Shown: in pieces, positions 63,003-64,000 of the stretch
How the letters are laid out: the number at the start of each line of letters is the position of its first letter
Numbering within the stretch: position 1 is the stretch's first letter
Position numbers and translations under genes: made by a program
NCBI GenBank assembly: GCA_037129175.1
Contig: JBAXVK010000003.1
Span: forward strand, 40,154 to 104,153
Direction of reading: 5' to 3'
Source of the DNA: Polynucleobacter sp.
Lineage (GTDB): Bacteria > Pseudomonadota > Gammaproteobacteria > Burkholderiales > Burkholderiaceae
DNA length: 64,000 nucleotides
Notes under the pieces: generated by a model
Seen by the model: only the letters and a program-made list of their open reading frames with translations
The model's database searches: none
What the model was told of the DNA's origin: nothing

Positions 63003-64000
63003 TGCAGCGCGAAGAATTTCACGCCCTAACCAAACAGGGTTTCAATCGCATTCCTCTTGTTAAAGAGGTTCTTGCTGATTTAGAAACGCCGCTATCGCTC
63101 TATGTCAAACTGAGTCAAGCCTTTGGTGAGAAAAATACCTACCTACTCGAGTCCGTATTAGGTGGTGAGCGTTTTGGCCGATTCTCCTTTATTGGTCTAT
63201 CCGCTAAAACGATTATCAGAACGGTTGGCACTCCCTCAGCACCAGTCAATGAAGTACTCACTGACGGAAAAGTAGTAGAGAGTAATACCGATAATCCGCT
63301 AGATTTTGTAGACGCTTATTTCAAACGCTTTAAGGTTGCCGTTCAAGTAGGTCTGCCGCGTTTTTGCGGCGGTCTTGCTGGCTACTTTGGCTATGACACT
63401 GTTCGGTATATTGAATCACGCTTAGCGAAACATCATTTGCCAGATGAACTCGGGGTGCCTGATATTCAGCTCATGCTTACTGAAGAGTTAGCGGTGATTG
63501 ATAACGTCGCTGGCAAGATTTACTTCATTGTCTATGCAGACCCCAGTATTACCGAGGGCTTTGAAAAAGCCCAAGACCGCTTAACAGAATTGCTTACTTG
63601 CCTGGGTAAACCAGCGAATATGCCGGCATCATTGCCGAGCACAAAGACAGATTTAATTCGTAAATTTAAGACTTCAGATTTTGAAGATGCAGTACGTAAA
63701 ACCAAAGAATATATTTTGGCTGGTGACTGTATGCAGGTCGTGATTGGTCAACGAATTAGCAAGCCCTTTACCGACTCACCATTAGCGCTATACAGAGCAC
63801 TTCGCTCTCTGAACCCCTCGCCTTATATGTATTTTTATAATTTTGGCGATATGCAAATTGTGGGTTCATCCCCAGAGATTCTCGTGCGACAGGAAAAACG
63901 CGCTGCTGAAAAGATTGTGACGATTCGTCCGCTTGCAGGCACCCGTCCCCGCGGTGCTAGCCCAGAAGAAGACGAGCGTCTAGCTAAAGAGTTGCTTGCA
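63002..64000 (+). CDS. trpE: Anthranilate synthase component I (3' partial, runs off the window; not in the supplied ORF track)
   Basis: Translated by hand from ATG 63002 (TAATG overlap with rpe): MQREEF...DLETPLSLYVKL, LLESVLGGERFGRFSFIG, GDCMQVVIGQR, NPSPYMYF, GSSPEILV, RPLAGTRPRG. Confidence 0.93.
   Translation, partial: MQREEFHALTKQGFNRIPLVKEVLADLETPLSLYVKLSQAFGEKNTYLLESVLGGERFGRFSFIGLSAKTIIRTVGTPSAPVNEVLTDGKVVESNTDNPLDFVDAYFKRFKVAVQVGLPRFCGGLAGYFGYDTVRYIESRLAKHHLPDELGVPDIQLMLTEELAVIDNVAGKIYFIVYADPSITEGFEKAQDRLTELLTCLGKPANMPASLPSTKTDLIRKFKTSDFEDAVRKTKEYILAGDCMQVVIGQRISKPFTDSPLALYRALRSLNPSPYMYFYNFGDMQIVGSSPEILVRQEKRAAEKIVTIRPLAGTRPRGASPEEDERLAKELLA

Noticed and set aside
1-64000. tRNA, rRNA, CRISPR, IS or prophage
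   Set aside because: Intergenic gaps are short and show no cloverleaf or T-loop motifs, no spaced repeats, and no transposase or integrase ORFs.

Overview
Core-genome region of a genome-streamlined Burkholderiaceae betaproteobacterium. The gene content, gene order and mid-40s %GC suggest Polynucleobacter; this is an inference. Contents, left to right: the 3' end of a prmA-DUF3426 ORF, a PfkB kinase, a histone H1-like gene, nrdAB with tandem NrdR boxes, a PP0621-AmpD fusion, ypjD/ccsA, ffh, proS, rppH, proB, obgE-rpmA-rplU and ispB. A ~6 kb accessory-looking block follows (GrdB/PrdB-like CxxC protein, FAH family, PanE2-like reductase, SSS transporter, squalene/phytoene synthase, ogt). Then come corC-pilBCD-coaE-zapD, mutT, argJ, secA, dciA, lpxC, a peroxiredoxin, the complete dcw cluster (mraZ to ftsZ), coq7, bioB/bioAFD, an M20 amidohydrolase, an enoyl-CoA hydratase, mltA, apaG, rpe and the 5' part of trpE. 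I saw no tRNA, rRNA, CRISPR array, IS or prophage. The strongest oddity is the H1-like gene: it is split at an A_AAA_AAG heptamer, and its conserved C-terminal AWPFPTG motif lies in the -1 frame (programmed frameshift, slippage or a homopolymer error). Other notable items are two gene fusions, domain-trimmed proteins, a 90-nt hairpin between ftsZ and prx, a near-perfect SOS box upstream of dcw, and several candidate leaderless genes.
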